From assembly GCF_001447785.1 (NCBI RefSeq), contig NW_015176019.1, forward strand, positions 1-64,000: a stretch of DNA of 64,000 bases. Direction: 5' to 3'. The position numbers were made by a program, and so were the translations under genes. This stretch comes from Gekko japonicus (lineage: Eukaryota). Every line of letters starts with the position of its first letter. Within the stretch, counting starts at the first letter, position 1. A model generated the notes under the pieces. It made no database searches, was not told where the DNA came from, and was given only the letters and a program-made list of their open reading frames with translations. Shown in pieces: positions 25,179 through 36,320 of the stretch.

Positions 25179-25938
25179 CAAAGGAGTAATGGGATCCAAT
25201 CCTCTATTGGTATCCTAAGCTGCACCACTGCTATGTAGCACAGCAAAACACGGGGGTGGGGACATTGAATTCTGTGAGAGTGTTTATACTTACACCTGCA
25301 TTTTTGCTGGCATAACATTACACCAGTGCTGGGGATGGGTTTACAAGAATTTAACTAAGCCCCAATTCTCCCCAGGCATAGGCCTGGCTCTGCTAGTTTC
25401 TGGCCCCTGCGCTGGTGCAACTGTGCCAGCCCCAGATTTACACAGGCATGACACCACTTATCCCAGTGTGATTCTTGGTTGTTATTGTAAGCCGTTTGCT
25501 GCCTTTAGAACTGTGCACTCATAGCTACTGTCTCATTTATTCTTTATCCTCACAACAGATCTGTACATTGTTGAGGGTGGAGAAACAGACTGCAAAACCT
25601 GGGAGTTTGAAACTGGGTTTCATCACATCATCACATGTTCCAGATTCTACTCCTGTTTCCACACTGCGCTACAGATTAATAACTAGTCCTTGATATTACC
25701 AACATGTTAATAGAATAATGGATTAACTGAACAATGCCGTTGATAGGATTAGTTCAAATGAGCTTGTTGACACATCAAGACTCACTTAGGAAGTGTGACA
25801 AGTTGGCAGCAAAGTGTGGTGGTTAATTCCTTGAAAACGTTGAGGTCATAAGAGTTCATTAACTGTAAAGCAGAATGAGAAAAATAAGAGGTGGTTTATG
25901 TAAAGGGCTGCCAATCAGCCATTGTTTTAAAAGTGTGT

Positions 25939-26051
25939 TGGCACTTTTTACACTGAGAAAGCTGGTAAATTTTAGAGCCGATCTGACAATGGTGGCACTT
26001 TTTACACTGAGAAAGCTGGTAAATTTTAGAGCAGATCTGACAATGGTGGCA
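25939..26051 (+). repeat. 54-bp tandem duplication
   Basis: TGGCACTTTTTACACTGAGAAAGCTGGTAAATTTTAGAGC(C/A)GATCTGACAATGG occurs twice with one mismatch. Confidence 0.95.
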
Positions 26052-26514
26052 GGATGTTTGTTTGTTTTTCATCCCAACCCACCAAATTCCACTTCTTTGA
26101 TCTAAACTGCCAGGTTCGGCAGCATTATCACAACACTAGACATCAAAAGTCTGTATTATATATAATGTTTAAGTCTACATATATAATACTAAATTTAGTC
26201 TATAATAGCTAAACTCAAGGTAACACAGAGTGTGATCATGTACAGGGTCTAGGCTTGAATGGCATCCTATATTCACACACTGTCAAAGCACTTAATGAAT
26301 GGCAATATCAGGAAGTCAGGGAGTCTGAGACTTTGAAATAGGACGTGCTTCTGACAGGCATACATTTAGTCATCCGAATTTGCACCTGCAAATACGAAGG
26401 TCAATACAGAAGGTCAGTACATGAAAGTGGTATTCTGTGCCATATCTCTGAGAGTGCTTTCAGAATTCACCATCCCCCCCTTACACACATACCAGGGCTG
26501 ACATCTATAGTATA

Positions 26515-26749
26515 AAAAGGTAAAGGTAAAGGTTCCCTTGCTCGAAAGCCAGTCGAATCCGACTCTAGGGTTGCGGTGCTCATCTCCGTTTCAAAGCCAA
26601 ATAGCCAGCGCTGTCCAAAGACGTTTCCGTGGTCATGTGGCCGGCATGACTAAACACCAAGGCACACGGAACTCTGTTACCTTCCCACCAAAGTGGTACC
26701 TATTTATCTACTTGCAATTTCTTGCTTTCGAACTGCTAGGTTGGCAGTA
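26515..26749 (-). mobile_element. 5'-truncated Sauria (Squam1) SINE
   Basis: Minus strand reads CTGCCAACCTAGCAGTTCGAAAGC..GCAAGTAGATAAATAGGTACC, with an (ACCTTT)n tail. TSD TATAGTATA at 26506 and 26750. Confidence 0.9.
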
Positions 26750-27681
26750 TATAGTATATAGCAGCACTAAGTACATATTTGCTTCTTCACTGCTAGCGGT
26801 AGTGTTTGAAAGGCAGGTGAAGCAATGTACAGAACGATTGGGGAAAGGATTTACAATAAGCAGCAAATATAATTTAAAACATTACGGAAATTGGTGGAGC
26901 ATTCACAGTTATAATACTGTGTAGTCACTCCCAAAAAGAACAAAAAATCAAAGAAAGGGCTGTTTAATCAATTGAAGGTGTGGATAACTTTCCAAACAAA
27001 TAAAAGCTAGATCTGTTGAGGCTGTTTGGCTTAGGAAAATGATTACTGAGAACACATATGGCAGAGGCTGATGAAACAAAGAATGACATAAAAATGATTG
27101 GTCACCATAATTCCTTCTCTAAATATCAGAATCCAGAGTCATCCACTCATAAATAGGAAGTATAACTGGATGAAAAAGAAATGTTGTTTCACACAAAATT
27201 GATGATTAATAAATCAGCATGGGGGGGGGTCTTTCCATCTGAAGCTGTGTGCCAGTCACCCAGGGCTATCTTCCCTGTGGCCCCTGACTCCCCTTGAAGC
27301 CCTGTGTGCTTCTGTAGCTCACTTATTTGGAAAGCTGGGGAATGCTGACACCCTCACAGGCTCACAACCAAGAAAACAAAACTGGGGCCAATATAGATCC
27401 AATAATACACTCTAAAACATGAGTAGTTCTGGGCGACTTTGATTGGCACAGCTCCCCTCCCTCCCTCCCTATTAACTAAGCCAGATGAGGTTTCTCCTCT
27501 CTCCACCTCCTTCTCCATCAGCCTGCTGTGTTAGGGGATCTTGGGAGGGGAAGGCGAGGTGAGCTCAACTCCGAAGAAAGTCACTATTCTTCTTTGCAAA
27601 TGGCATTTTAACTTGTTTGCATGGCTGGAATTCTCCCACACACACACACACCGCTCTTAGGCTTGTCACCCTGTTTGTGTC

Positions 27682-27882
27682 TGTGTGGTTCAGTGGTAGA
27701 GCATCTGCTTGGCATGCAGAAGGTCCCAGGTTCAGGAGCTAGCATCTCCAGTTAAAAGGATCAGGTAGCAGGTGATGGGAAAGACCTCGACCTGAGAAGC
27801 TGGGCAGCCACTGCCAGTCTGAGTAGACAATACTGACTTTGATGGACCAAGGGCCTAATTCAGTATCAGACAGTTTCATGTG
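27682..27882 (+). mobile_element. tRNA(Ala)-derived SINE with CR1-like 3' tail
   Basis: Head GGTTCAGTGGTAGAGCATCTGCTTGGCATGCAGAAGGTCCCAGGTTC; tail AATACTGACTTTGATGGACCAAGGG..ATTCAGTAT. Confidence 0.8.
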
Positions 27883-28167
27883 AGGTAGGGGGATTCTTGA
27901 CAAGCACAATTGACATTGAAATCACCCTGCTTTGCTATTTACTTTGAGACCTGATTAGTAGGGGTCGTCTGGTTACACACATGCAGGTTAAAAAGGAGGG
28001 AAAGANNNNNNNNNNNNNNNNNNNNGGGAATTAAAAGGAAATTATTTTGTCTTATTCTGAAAAGTGGGGGGGGGGGTTAGATTAGATGTCTTTATGTCTA
28101 TCAGGGATTTTATTTTCTTTCAAAAAGACCCTGATTAGGAATTACAACACTTGGATTGGATTCCAAT

Positions 28168-28450
28168 GAGCCAGTTTGGTGTAGTGGTTAAGTGCGTGGA
28201 CTCTAATCTGGGAGAACTGGGTTTGATTCCCCACTCCTCCACTTGCACCTGGCTGGATGACCTTGGGCAAGCCATAGTTCTGGCACAGCTGTTCTTGAAA
28301 AAGAGCAGTTTCTGTCAAGAGCTCTCTCAGCCTCACCTACCTCACAGGGTGTCTGTTGTGGGGAGGGGAAGGGAAAGGAGTTCGTAAGCCGCTCTGAGAC
28401 ACCTTTGGGTAGTGAAGGGGGGGTATAAATCCAATCTCTTCTTCTTCTCT
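28168..28450 (+). mobile_element. Squam3-like SINE, near full length
   Basis: tRNA-like A/B boxes, a body nearly identical to 19075, and a (CTT)n tail. Confidence 0.88.
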
Positions 28451-28669
28451 TCATTGTTTAAAGACTGGAAGTAGATGGCTAAATATTTTAAAATACATTT
28501 AGGGTTCCATATGTTCCAGTTCAACAGGTCTCCCTCTCTCCCCTCCCACCTCGCTGGCTGCCTGTCTTCACACTAACCCCACCCCCTTTGCTTTTTTAAC
28601 TGTTTCATCATAACTAACACCATGTGGATTTTGCCCAGTCAGAAATCAACTCTTGGAAAGATCTTTACT

Positions 28670-28812
28670 AGTGGAAAAGAGCAAGAGTCCAGTAGCACCT
28701 TAATGACTCTGTGGCAGGTCATGAGCTTTCACGAGTCACTCCTCACTTCTTCAGATACAGCTAGAATGTGAGCCCATCTGTCCTATGTATGGGAGAGTGG
28801 AGTGATTTCAGA
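28670..28812 (-). mobile_element. Penelope-like LTR fragment with minimal hammerhead motif
   Basis: Plus strand GAGTCCAGTAGCACCTTAA; minus strand GTAT-CTGAAGA-AGTGAG..CTCGT-GAAA-GC-TC. Confidence 0.75.
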
Positions 28813-30625
28813 TTCACATCTGCTCCAGCCCCTCAGACAGAGGAATCTAAAACCACCTTTGTTAAGTTTATGTCTCCGGTACCTGGTGTTACACTTTATG
28901 ACACGCATGGCCTGGCCTGACAAAGTGACTTTTGTGTCAGATCCAGCCCTCATAACAATTAAGTTTGACAGAGAATAGGATTACAGGCAGTTAAAACAGC
29001 CTGGTTTATTTATCTATTATTTATCTACTTCATTTATACCCCATTTTTCTCCTCAGTGGAGACCCAAAGAGGTACACCCAAAGAGGCACACCCAAAGAGG
29101 CTGTCAAATGAAATGCAGCTTCCATGTACAGAGAAAGTATACATCTGAGGCTACTGCCTGAAGATTAGCAAGGACTGTCACTATGCCTTATTTGTGAACT
29201 TTTGTATCATTTGTGTGATACAAATACCTCCGTGTTACAAGATGGTAGATTTTTGTTATCTATTTCTTTTGAAATGTTTCTACTACACCTTTCTCCTGCC
29301 AAGAAAGACCCAAGGCAGTTTGCAGTGCAAGTCACACCTAACAAACAGCACAATACCATAAAACCAATAATAAAAATCACTCACATATATGATCTGTCAG
29401 GCCTCTGAGAGGGAAAGGGGGGAAGCAGGCTAAGAAGCTGGTGTGTGGCTGTCATATGAAGGGAAATCCTCTTTCCCATGGACAAAGCAGAGATAAAAAG
29501 CAGAGCTAAAGAGACCATTGTTCTCACCCAGCAGTCTCGTTTCTTTTATATTACAAAATTCTCCCTTTTGGTTTCCACTTTAATCATATCATTTGAAATT
29601 TGTCATTTTGCTTCTTTTTTTTTCTTTCATTCTGATGTTTGTTTGTTTTTACTTCTACTCCATTATCATAGAAATATGTGTATGCAGAGGTTTTATTATA
29701 GCTTTAATTATGGTTTCTATAGCTAGTCTATAGAAAAGCTTCTTGATGCAAAAATCATAATATTGGCACTTAGTTAGCTGGGAACCATGAAAAATTACAG
29801 GATAGAGGAAAACTGGGTTCAGAGAAATCATTTGTTTCCCTTTTAAGACTCCGGCTCGTCAGTTGTGGCCTGCACTGACCACCTGTATGGTGGTCTCTAC
29901 TTCTGGAGATGGGGGGGGGGGACTAATTGTTGGGCAGGAATGTTCACCATTCTGATCATTTGTATTTTTTATACAAGATTGGGTGAATGCTGGCTTCTAC
30001 TTCAGGAAACTTTCTTATAGGTTTGGCACCTCTACCTTGTCCTCCTTTAATGCCCATCTTCTGAGACCAATTCCCTTAAGCGATGAGGGCAGACTCCATT
30101 CCCATAATAAAGCACAGGCATATGGAAACATGAAAACNNNNNNNNNNNNNNNNNNNNNNNNNNNNNNNNNNNNNNNNNNNNNNNNNNNNNNNNNNNNNNN
30201 NNNNNNNNNNNNNNNNNNNNNNNNNNNNNNNNNNNNNNNNNNNNNNNNNNNNNNNNNNNNNNNNNNNNNNNNNNNNNNNNNNNNNNNNNNNNNNNNNNNN
30301 NNNNNNNNNNNNNNNNNNNNNNNNNNNNNNNNNNNNNNNNNNNNNNNNNNNNNNNNNNNNNNNNNNNNNNNNNNGTATATCTGCCAACATCACAGAGCAC
30401 AGCACAAGAATACATTTCTCAAGCGTCATACATTATTCATAAAGTTTTAACATACATCTAAACTTGAAATATTTGTGAGCCTCCTTGTGAGCACCTTTGT
30501 AGTATGTTTTCTTTTTTTTCCCCCAAAGGAAGAGAATTTTGCATATAATACAACTTCATTTACGTGGCGGTTTCAGAGAAGAAGCCATTTTATAGGAATG
30601 CAGAGGCCCTGTGAACAGCTGGACT

Positions 30626-30832
30626 GAGGGATGAACAACTAGTTGCTGCTAAGAAGCTGATCACACTAAAAATGAACCAGTTTGGTGTAGTGGCTACAGT
30701 AATAATAATAACTGATAATAATTATCGTCGAGGGATGAACAACTAGTTGCTGCTAAGTAACTGATCACACTAAAAATGAACCAGTTTAGTGTAGTGGCTA
30801 CGGTAATAATAATAACTGATAATAATTATCGT
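30626..30832 (+). repeat. 104-bp-period tandem duplication
   Basis: 30626-30728 versus 30730-30832, with four substitutions. Confidence 0.95.
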
Positions 30833-30836
30833 GTGG

Positions 30837-31029
30837 CAGGGGTGTCCAAACTGCAGCTCAAGAGCCACATGTGGCCCTTTCACACATTCTTATCTAATGT
30901 TAATAAAAAGCAAATGTGCATATTTTTCAATAAAAATGTGTGTGTGATATTTGTTCATGACTTTCAGCTCTCAAATATCTGACGTTCATTCTATATGGCT
31001 GTTACGTTAAGCAAGTTTGGCCACCCCCA
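30837..31029. mobile_element. hAT MITE
   Basis: TIRs CAGGGGTGTCCAAACT / AGTTTGGCCACCCCCA; 8-bp flanks TCGTGTGG / TCATATGG. Confidence 0.8.
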
Positions 31030-31132
31030 TCATATGGCATTGTGTGTAGAATAGCCAGGAGATCCTAGGGTTGTCTGGAAACCACATGTTTGTGTTGTGC
31101 TAGTTAGTGATGAGCCAGACTTGTTTTTAGGG

Positions 31133-31265
31133 CCTGAGAGAGCTCTGAAAGAACTGTGACTGGCCCCAGATCACCCAACTGGCTTCATGTGGAGGAGTTG
31201 GGACTTGAACTTGGTTCTCAAGATTAGAGTCTGCTGCTCTTAACCACTACACCAAACTGTCTCTC
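31133..31265 (-). mobile_element. Squam3-like SINE 5' half
   Basis: AGATTAGAGTCTGCTGCTCTTAACCACTACACCAAACTG is the reverse of the SINE head. Confidence 0.8.
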
Positions 31266-31283
31266 AGTGGTTACAGTACTGAA

Positions 31284-32168
31284 TAGGGGTGGGCACAAAC
31301 TGGACAAATTGAAGTTCATTGGAGTTTCATGTTTCGGGGTTTTCATAAACCACGAACCTCCAACAAACTCCTCCATTGCACAAACCGGTTCGTGGTTCAT
31401 GGTTTGTGGTTCAGGGGCTGGCCTGACTGAGTTCCAGGTTGGGCCTCCCCACCTCCAGAGCCCACCTCTAGGTTGGGCCGCCCGACTCAACTGGGATCTA
31501 AGAGCAAGCTCTAAAGGCTTCTATAGGCCTTCAGAGCCCACCTCGAGGTGGAGTGGGCTCTGAAGGCCTATAAAAGCCTTTGGAGCTCACTCTCAGAGTT
31601 CAGTCAGGCTAGCCTGACCTGGCGGTGGGCTCTGAATATGGGGAGACAGAGCTCTCTCAGGTTAAGCCAGAGGGCCGGTGGTGGGTTTTGACGGCATTTA
31701 AATGCCTTCAGAGCTCACTTCCAGTTGGGCTCCGAAGGTATTTAAATGCCTTTGGAGCCCGCATGAACCCTCCATGAACCTCACAAAACTCCATGGAGGT
31801 TTATGGGCAGATTGTGGGAGGCATGTTCTCCTGAACCCCTGGTTCGGGAACCATAGGGCTGCCAAGTGGGGACGGGGAAAGCCCCGCTTTGGAGGCCAAA
31901 TTTCCGCCGCGGCAGAATCGGGCCCCGGGGGGAACCCCGCCCCCCGAAGCTGCGTCACCAGAAGTGACGCACGATGTAGGGCACATTGGGGGCATGGCCC
32001 AGATCGTCGGGGGGAAAACCATATGGCCGCATGTCCGTGGCCAGCTCCCAGAGCGACCAGACACTCCCCCGCCGGTGAGTAAATAAGACTTGGCAACCCT
32101 AGGGAACCATGAACTGGCCTAGTTTGTGCTCGAACCGGGATTCGTTTGTGGGTTTATGCCCATCCCTA
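31284..32168. mobile_element. hAT non-autonomous element (outer)
   Basis: TIRs TAGGGGTGGGCACAAAC / GTTTATGCCCATCCCTA; perfect 8-bp TSD GTACTGAA. Confidence 0.92.
31854..32101. mobile_element. hAT MITE nested in 31284-32168, CpG-rich
   Basis: TIRs TAGGGCTGCCAAGT / ACTTGGCAACCCTA; perfect 8-bp TSD GGGAACCA. Confidence 0.92.
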
Positions 32169-32345
32169 GTACTGAAGTAAGACCCGGGAAAGCTGTGTTT
32201 TGTCCCCAGTTATTGAATGCCTTGGACGAGTCATCCTCTCTCATTCTAATATCTAACTGACAGGGTTATTGTGAGGCCAAAAATGGAGGAAGGAGAACTA
32301 TGTATGCTGCCCTGTCCTCCTTGGAAGAAGGGTGGGATAAAAATG
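32169..32345 (+). mobile_element. Old tRNA-derived SINE (MIR/Squam3-like) interrupted by the hAT element
   Basis: Body CAGGGTTATTGTGAGG..AAAATGGAGGAAGGAGAAC..GGGTGGGATAAAAAT; head remnant AGTGGTTACAGTACTGAA at 31266-31283. Confidence 0.65.
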
Positions 32346-34039
32346 CACTGGCATTTCTTTGCCACCTCTCCTAATGGTCATCGACAGGCATAATACCCAC
32401 ATTTATTTATTTAAATGGCACTTCCTGGTGTTCTACCTCTTTGGCAAAGAAACAGAAGGCTTGGAAGAAAACATTTCACTTTAGAGCAGGAAGTCTCTTT
32501 GTACTTTTTGTACTTCTCAGCCCAAAAGTTAGAGATTATTGGTCAGAGTGAAGGATGGGATGAGTGAGTGGCATTGGATGGGTGGGACAGAGTTTAAAGT
32601 GGGAGAGATTAAAGTAGAAGGGTAATGTGAATCAGAAACACTGTATCCGTACACAAAGTGTTTCCTGTAAGCCGGTATACAATCTGTACTCAACCAGAAG
32701 GTGACATGGACGCCACTGTTGGATGTAAGGTGGAAAAAAAAGTTTAGCTCACAGTTCTGCTTGTGGGCATGCACCTTTCCTGCTACTTGTTGTATCAACC
32801 ATGGCCATCGTAAGGAGCTCATCAAAACCAGCAAAATTTTGAAGTGTAATCTGAATACTGGTACATGCAACACATTTATTAAAATTAAAGAATGAAAGTA
32901 CTTGAGGCTACACTTCAAACAACTATGAAGGACTTTTTGCATTCTCCATCAGTCTCAGTCAGAACTCAGCCATATGGTGCACAGGGAGAGATGTCTACCT
33001 AGTGTTCCCAAATGCAAGTCTTCTGTTTCCCCCAACAGCTACAGTCAGCCTTAGCTGTGTGTAGGTCAACTAGAAGGCAATGCTATAATTTAATAAGAAG
33101 TTTATAAAAGCTCAGCTTTGCTATATAAGGCATTTTATATTCTGTGTTGAAGCAAGCTCAGTCGTTAACATTATTATGGGTCGGCCCCAAGATTCAGAGA
33201 AACTGGTGGCATCCATTTGGCTGAAAATGCTGGTTTCATTATGTCTACAAGCTGGTTTACTTCAAACATGGCAAGCATTTCAATAAAATCAGAAAGCAAA
33301 GACTTTCTGCTTATGTGTATTATATGTATGTGGCTTTCAAGGGAAGGAGAGCCTCTGTCCCAATTATATGCATAGCAACATATAAGAAAGTATTCAACAT
33401 ATTCTGCCTTTGATTTTAAACTGCCTTAAAAATATATATAATCAGCAATATATTTCTCACACTATAGCTATAATATGCAGTTGTTAAAAACAGGTGTTTT
33501 ATAGTGTTCAACCTTTTTGTGTTTTTTTTAAAAGCCAATCCATTTATGAGTATTGCTGTCAGATGCACAATGAAGGTAATCAAGCACTTTTCTATAGCCT
33601 CATTTGAAGTCATCAAGAGTGACAAATAGGTATCCAAGAGTAGGATTTAAAAAACAGAGAGGATTGTACCATTTTTGTTAACCTATATTAGAAGAGCAAA
33701 AGGAATAAATAAATACTGCTGTGATTCATAGACCAAAGTTATTGAACATTTTTATTAATTTGTTTATTAAACTATTTATACCCTGCGTCTCTTTCTACCC
33801 TGATTCAAGGCAGCCTACAAGTTGCAACAGTAATAGGAATGTAGCTGGCACCTGAGAGTAGTTATGTTGGAACAGTTTAAACTGAGCTGGTGTCTACTGA
33901 CTCAATATTAATGCTGTGGCACCTTAAAGACTAGCGTATGCATTGTGATGTAGGCCCGAGCCCACTTTGTCAAATACATGTAATGAAATGGGTTCTAGTG
34001 TTCAGAATGTTATGTGGCAATAAACATACTAGTCTTTAA

Positions 34040-34216
34040 GGCTCTTTTTGTAGCAGGAACTCCTTTACATATTAGGCGACACACCCCTAATGTAGCCAAT
34101 CCTCCAAGAGCTTTCAGAGCTCTTCTTACAGGGGCTACTGTAAGCTCTTGGAGGATTGGCTACATTAGGGGTGTGTCACCTAATATGCAAAGGAGTTCCT
34201 GCTACAAAAAGAGCCC
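34040..34216. mobile_element. Palindromic MITE inside a Penelope-like remnant (~33910-34240)
   Basis: Near-perfect ~72-bp arms GGCTCTTTTTGTAGCAGGAACTCCTTT... / ...AAAGGAGTTCCTGCTACAAAAAGAGCC. Confidence 0.9.
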
Positions 34217-35074
34217 AGTAAAACACAAGACTTGCTGCGGGCTGTGACAGACTGCCACAGCTCTGAAATAACAAGGAAGATATTTTATCAATATCAGGAA
34301 TTCTGCTGAAAGATATATGTTACTTTCTAGACATTAAAAATCCTTCTAGGTGTTACCATCCAAGGTGACAATTCCATGCCCAAAATATTGAACTGTATTT
34401 AAATTCCATGCCCAGTACATTGAACTGTATTTAGCAAGGCAGACTCAGCTATCAGGAAGCCTGTGTGACTGGCAAGCTGTTCAAGAGTGTTGAAGAAGGA
34501 GGCTGGCCCTGGCTCCTGCTTTGCTACCCTGTGTCCATCCAGCTTAATTAAACCCCAGGAAGCCAGGGCCTCTTTTATTTTGCAGAGAGCCAGTATAGAC
34601 AGTACTGGGCTAGATGGACAAGTGGTTTGATTTAGTATAAGACAGCTTTGTGGGTTTATACACCTTGTGGGACTGAGATGCCTGGAAGGAGAACTGGGAG
34701 TGTTACTCCCTCTGTTTGGGGGAGGGGCTTTGAAGACTGGAGAGGAGAAAGAGAATGCCATATGGCTGAGAGTGGAAGGCTGTTGGGGAGGCAAATGCTC
34801 TGGTTTTGGGTCACACGAAGGAATTTGTATACAGCTCTGAGGATTTGAAACTAAACCCCCCCCCCCCCCCCCGTCACAAAACCCTTCATGTGCATAAATG
34901 CAAGTAGAAATGGCCTTGTAAATGGAAAGCGCAATATTTACAGCTTTCTACTAACGCACTATGTAAACATAATTTAATAATCCATTAACCTTTAAAGTTT
35001 GTGAAGAACAAATTCTGTTTTGTATGTTTTTGTTTATGAGCTTTTTTTTTTTTGCTGGAACTTAGCAACCGTTT

Positions 35075-35093
35075 ACTGCCATCTAGTGGAGAG
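35075..35093 (-). promoter_or_regulatory. Candidate CTCF binding site
   Basis: Minus strand CCACTAGATGGCAGT matches the core consensus CCASYAGRKGGCRS and lies in non-repeat sequence. Motif match only. Confidence 0.55.
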
Positions 35094-35444
35094 ACATAAA
35101 TTCTCTAGTCTCTTGAAGTAAGCTGTTGTGCACCTGCTAGTTATAGTAGCCTTTTGAGCACTCTGGTCCTATTCTCTATAATTAGCTAAATGAAATGTTC
35201 ATTGCTGAGGTTATATGCTAGCCAAACCTGTCAACCCTTATCCACAGAGCTGCAAAATGTGAAACGGCTTACAAGGATTTGCATATAAATTGCTGTTGTT
35301 TTTGCCCTTATAGCTTGAATATGCTCGTAAGGTTGCAACTACTGTACAACACAAACTCTGTTTCCTAATTAAGTTTGAGCTGGTAAGAGAATGTTTCACT
35401 GCTGTTTCAGAATCTGTCCCTGCTCTTCATAGTTTCAGAGTGTA

Positions 35445-35595
35445 GTTGTGTTGCACTGCAGTAGAAGAGCTAGATTCAAGTCCAGCGGCACCTTGGAGAG
35501 CAACAAAATCTGGGGCATAAGCTTTTGAGACTCAAAGCTTCCTTCATCAAATACAAGAAGGACTGGAGATCTGAGTCCTTATATCCCATTAGAAG
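35445..35595 (-). mobile_element. Penelope-like LTR fragment with decayed hammerhead
   Basis: CTGCAGTAGAAGAGCTAGATTCAAGTCCAGCGGCACCTT...GGAGATCTGAGTCCTTATATCCCA; homologous to 44925-45310. Confidence 0.7.
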
Positions 35596-36139
35596 GTACT
35601 TACTGTCCATAGGTACCTTCTGACTCAGCCTTGATCTCTAAGCCCTCCTTTTCCTCACACACAGGGGAACATGCTTTCCTTCCACTCCATTTATATTTAG
35701 CAAGAACTTGTACAAAGATCCTCCTGATCAGTGTTCTGGTACTCACTTGTGATAAGTCAGAAGAAGAAACAGAATGTTTGTTGTTCACTGGCAGGCATCC
35801 TATTGGCTTCTCTGGCCCTGGCTTGACTTCATTTGAACAACAGTCAGATTCTGGCATGTTTGTGGCTCCCTAGACATTGTCTAGATATCTCTGCCTGACT
35901 ATCCCATTTGTCTGTGCCTGCTGCTATCCCGGTCTGCCAGATTCCTTGTCTGCCTACCTATTTTTCTGTCTGCAGCTTCCCTGAATCCTGCTGCCAGTTC
36001 CCCTCAATCACTCCTCCCCTGGCATGCAATTGATTCTGTCTCCGCATTGACTGCCTATGCTGCCTTGGCACAAAACTGCTTTCTAGCCTCTCTGTAAGCC
36101 CTCCTGTTCAATTCTTCAGCCTGACCTTAGTCCAGTTAG

Positions 36140-36320
36140 ACTTGCCACCTGCCTGGAGGGGGAAAAATGCCCTGTCACTTTAATAGAGACTCAATGAGAT
36201 GCAATTTACCAGGTGACATTATTTACCTCCAAGCCATGAAAAGCTACAACTGCCCATTTCCATAAATTATGCCTCTATTAAAGGAAGAAGACATTTTTTC
36301 CTCCAGGCAGTTGGCAACCC
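36140..36320. mobile_element. Second GTTGCCA/TGGCAAC MITE family (others at ~44340-44523, 54020-54177, 55355-55718, 56875-57030)
   Basis: Shared arms CTGCCTGGAG..AAAAATG.CCTGTCCCTTTAATAGAG / CTCTATTAAAGGGACAG..CAGGCAGTTGGCAACC. Confidence 0.75.

Noticed and set aside
27682-27750. tRNA-Ala gene
   Set aside because: The T-arm and acceptor stem are broken and the sequence continues into a SINE body.
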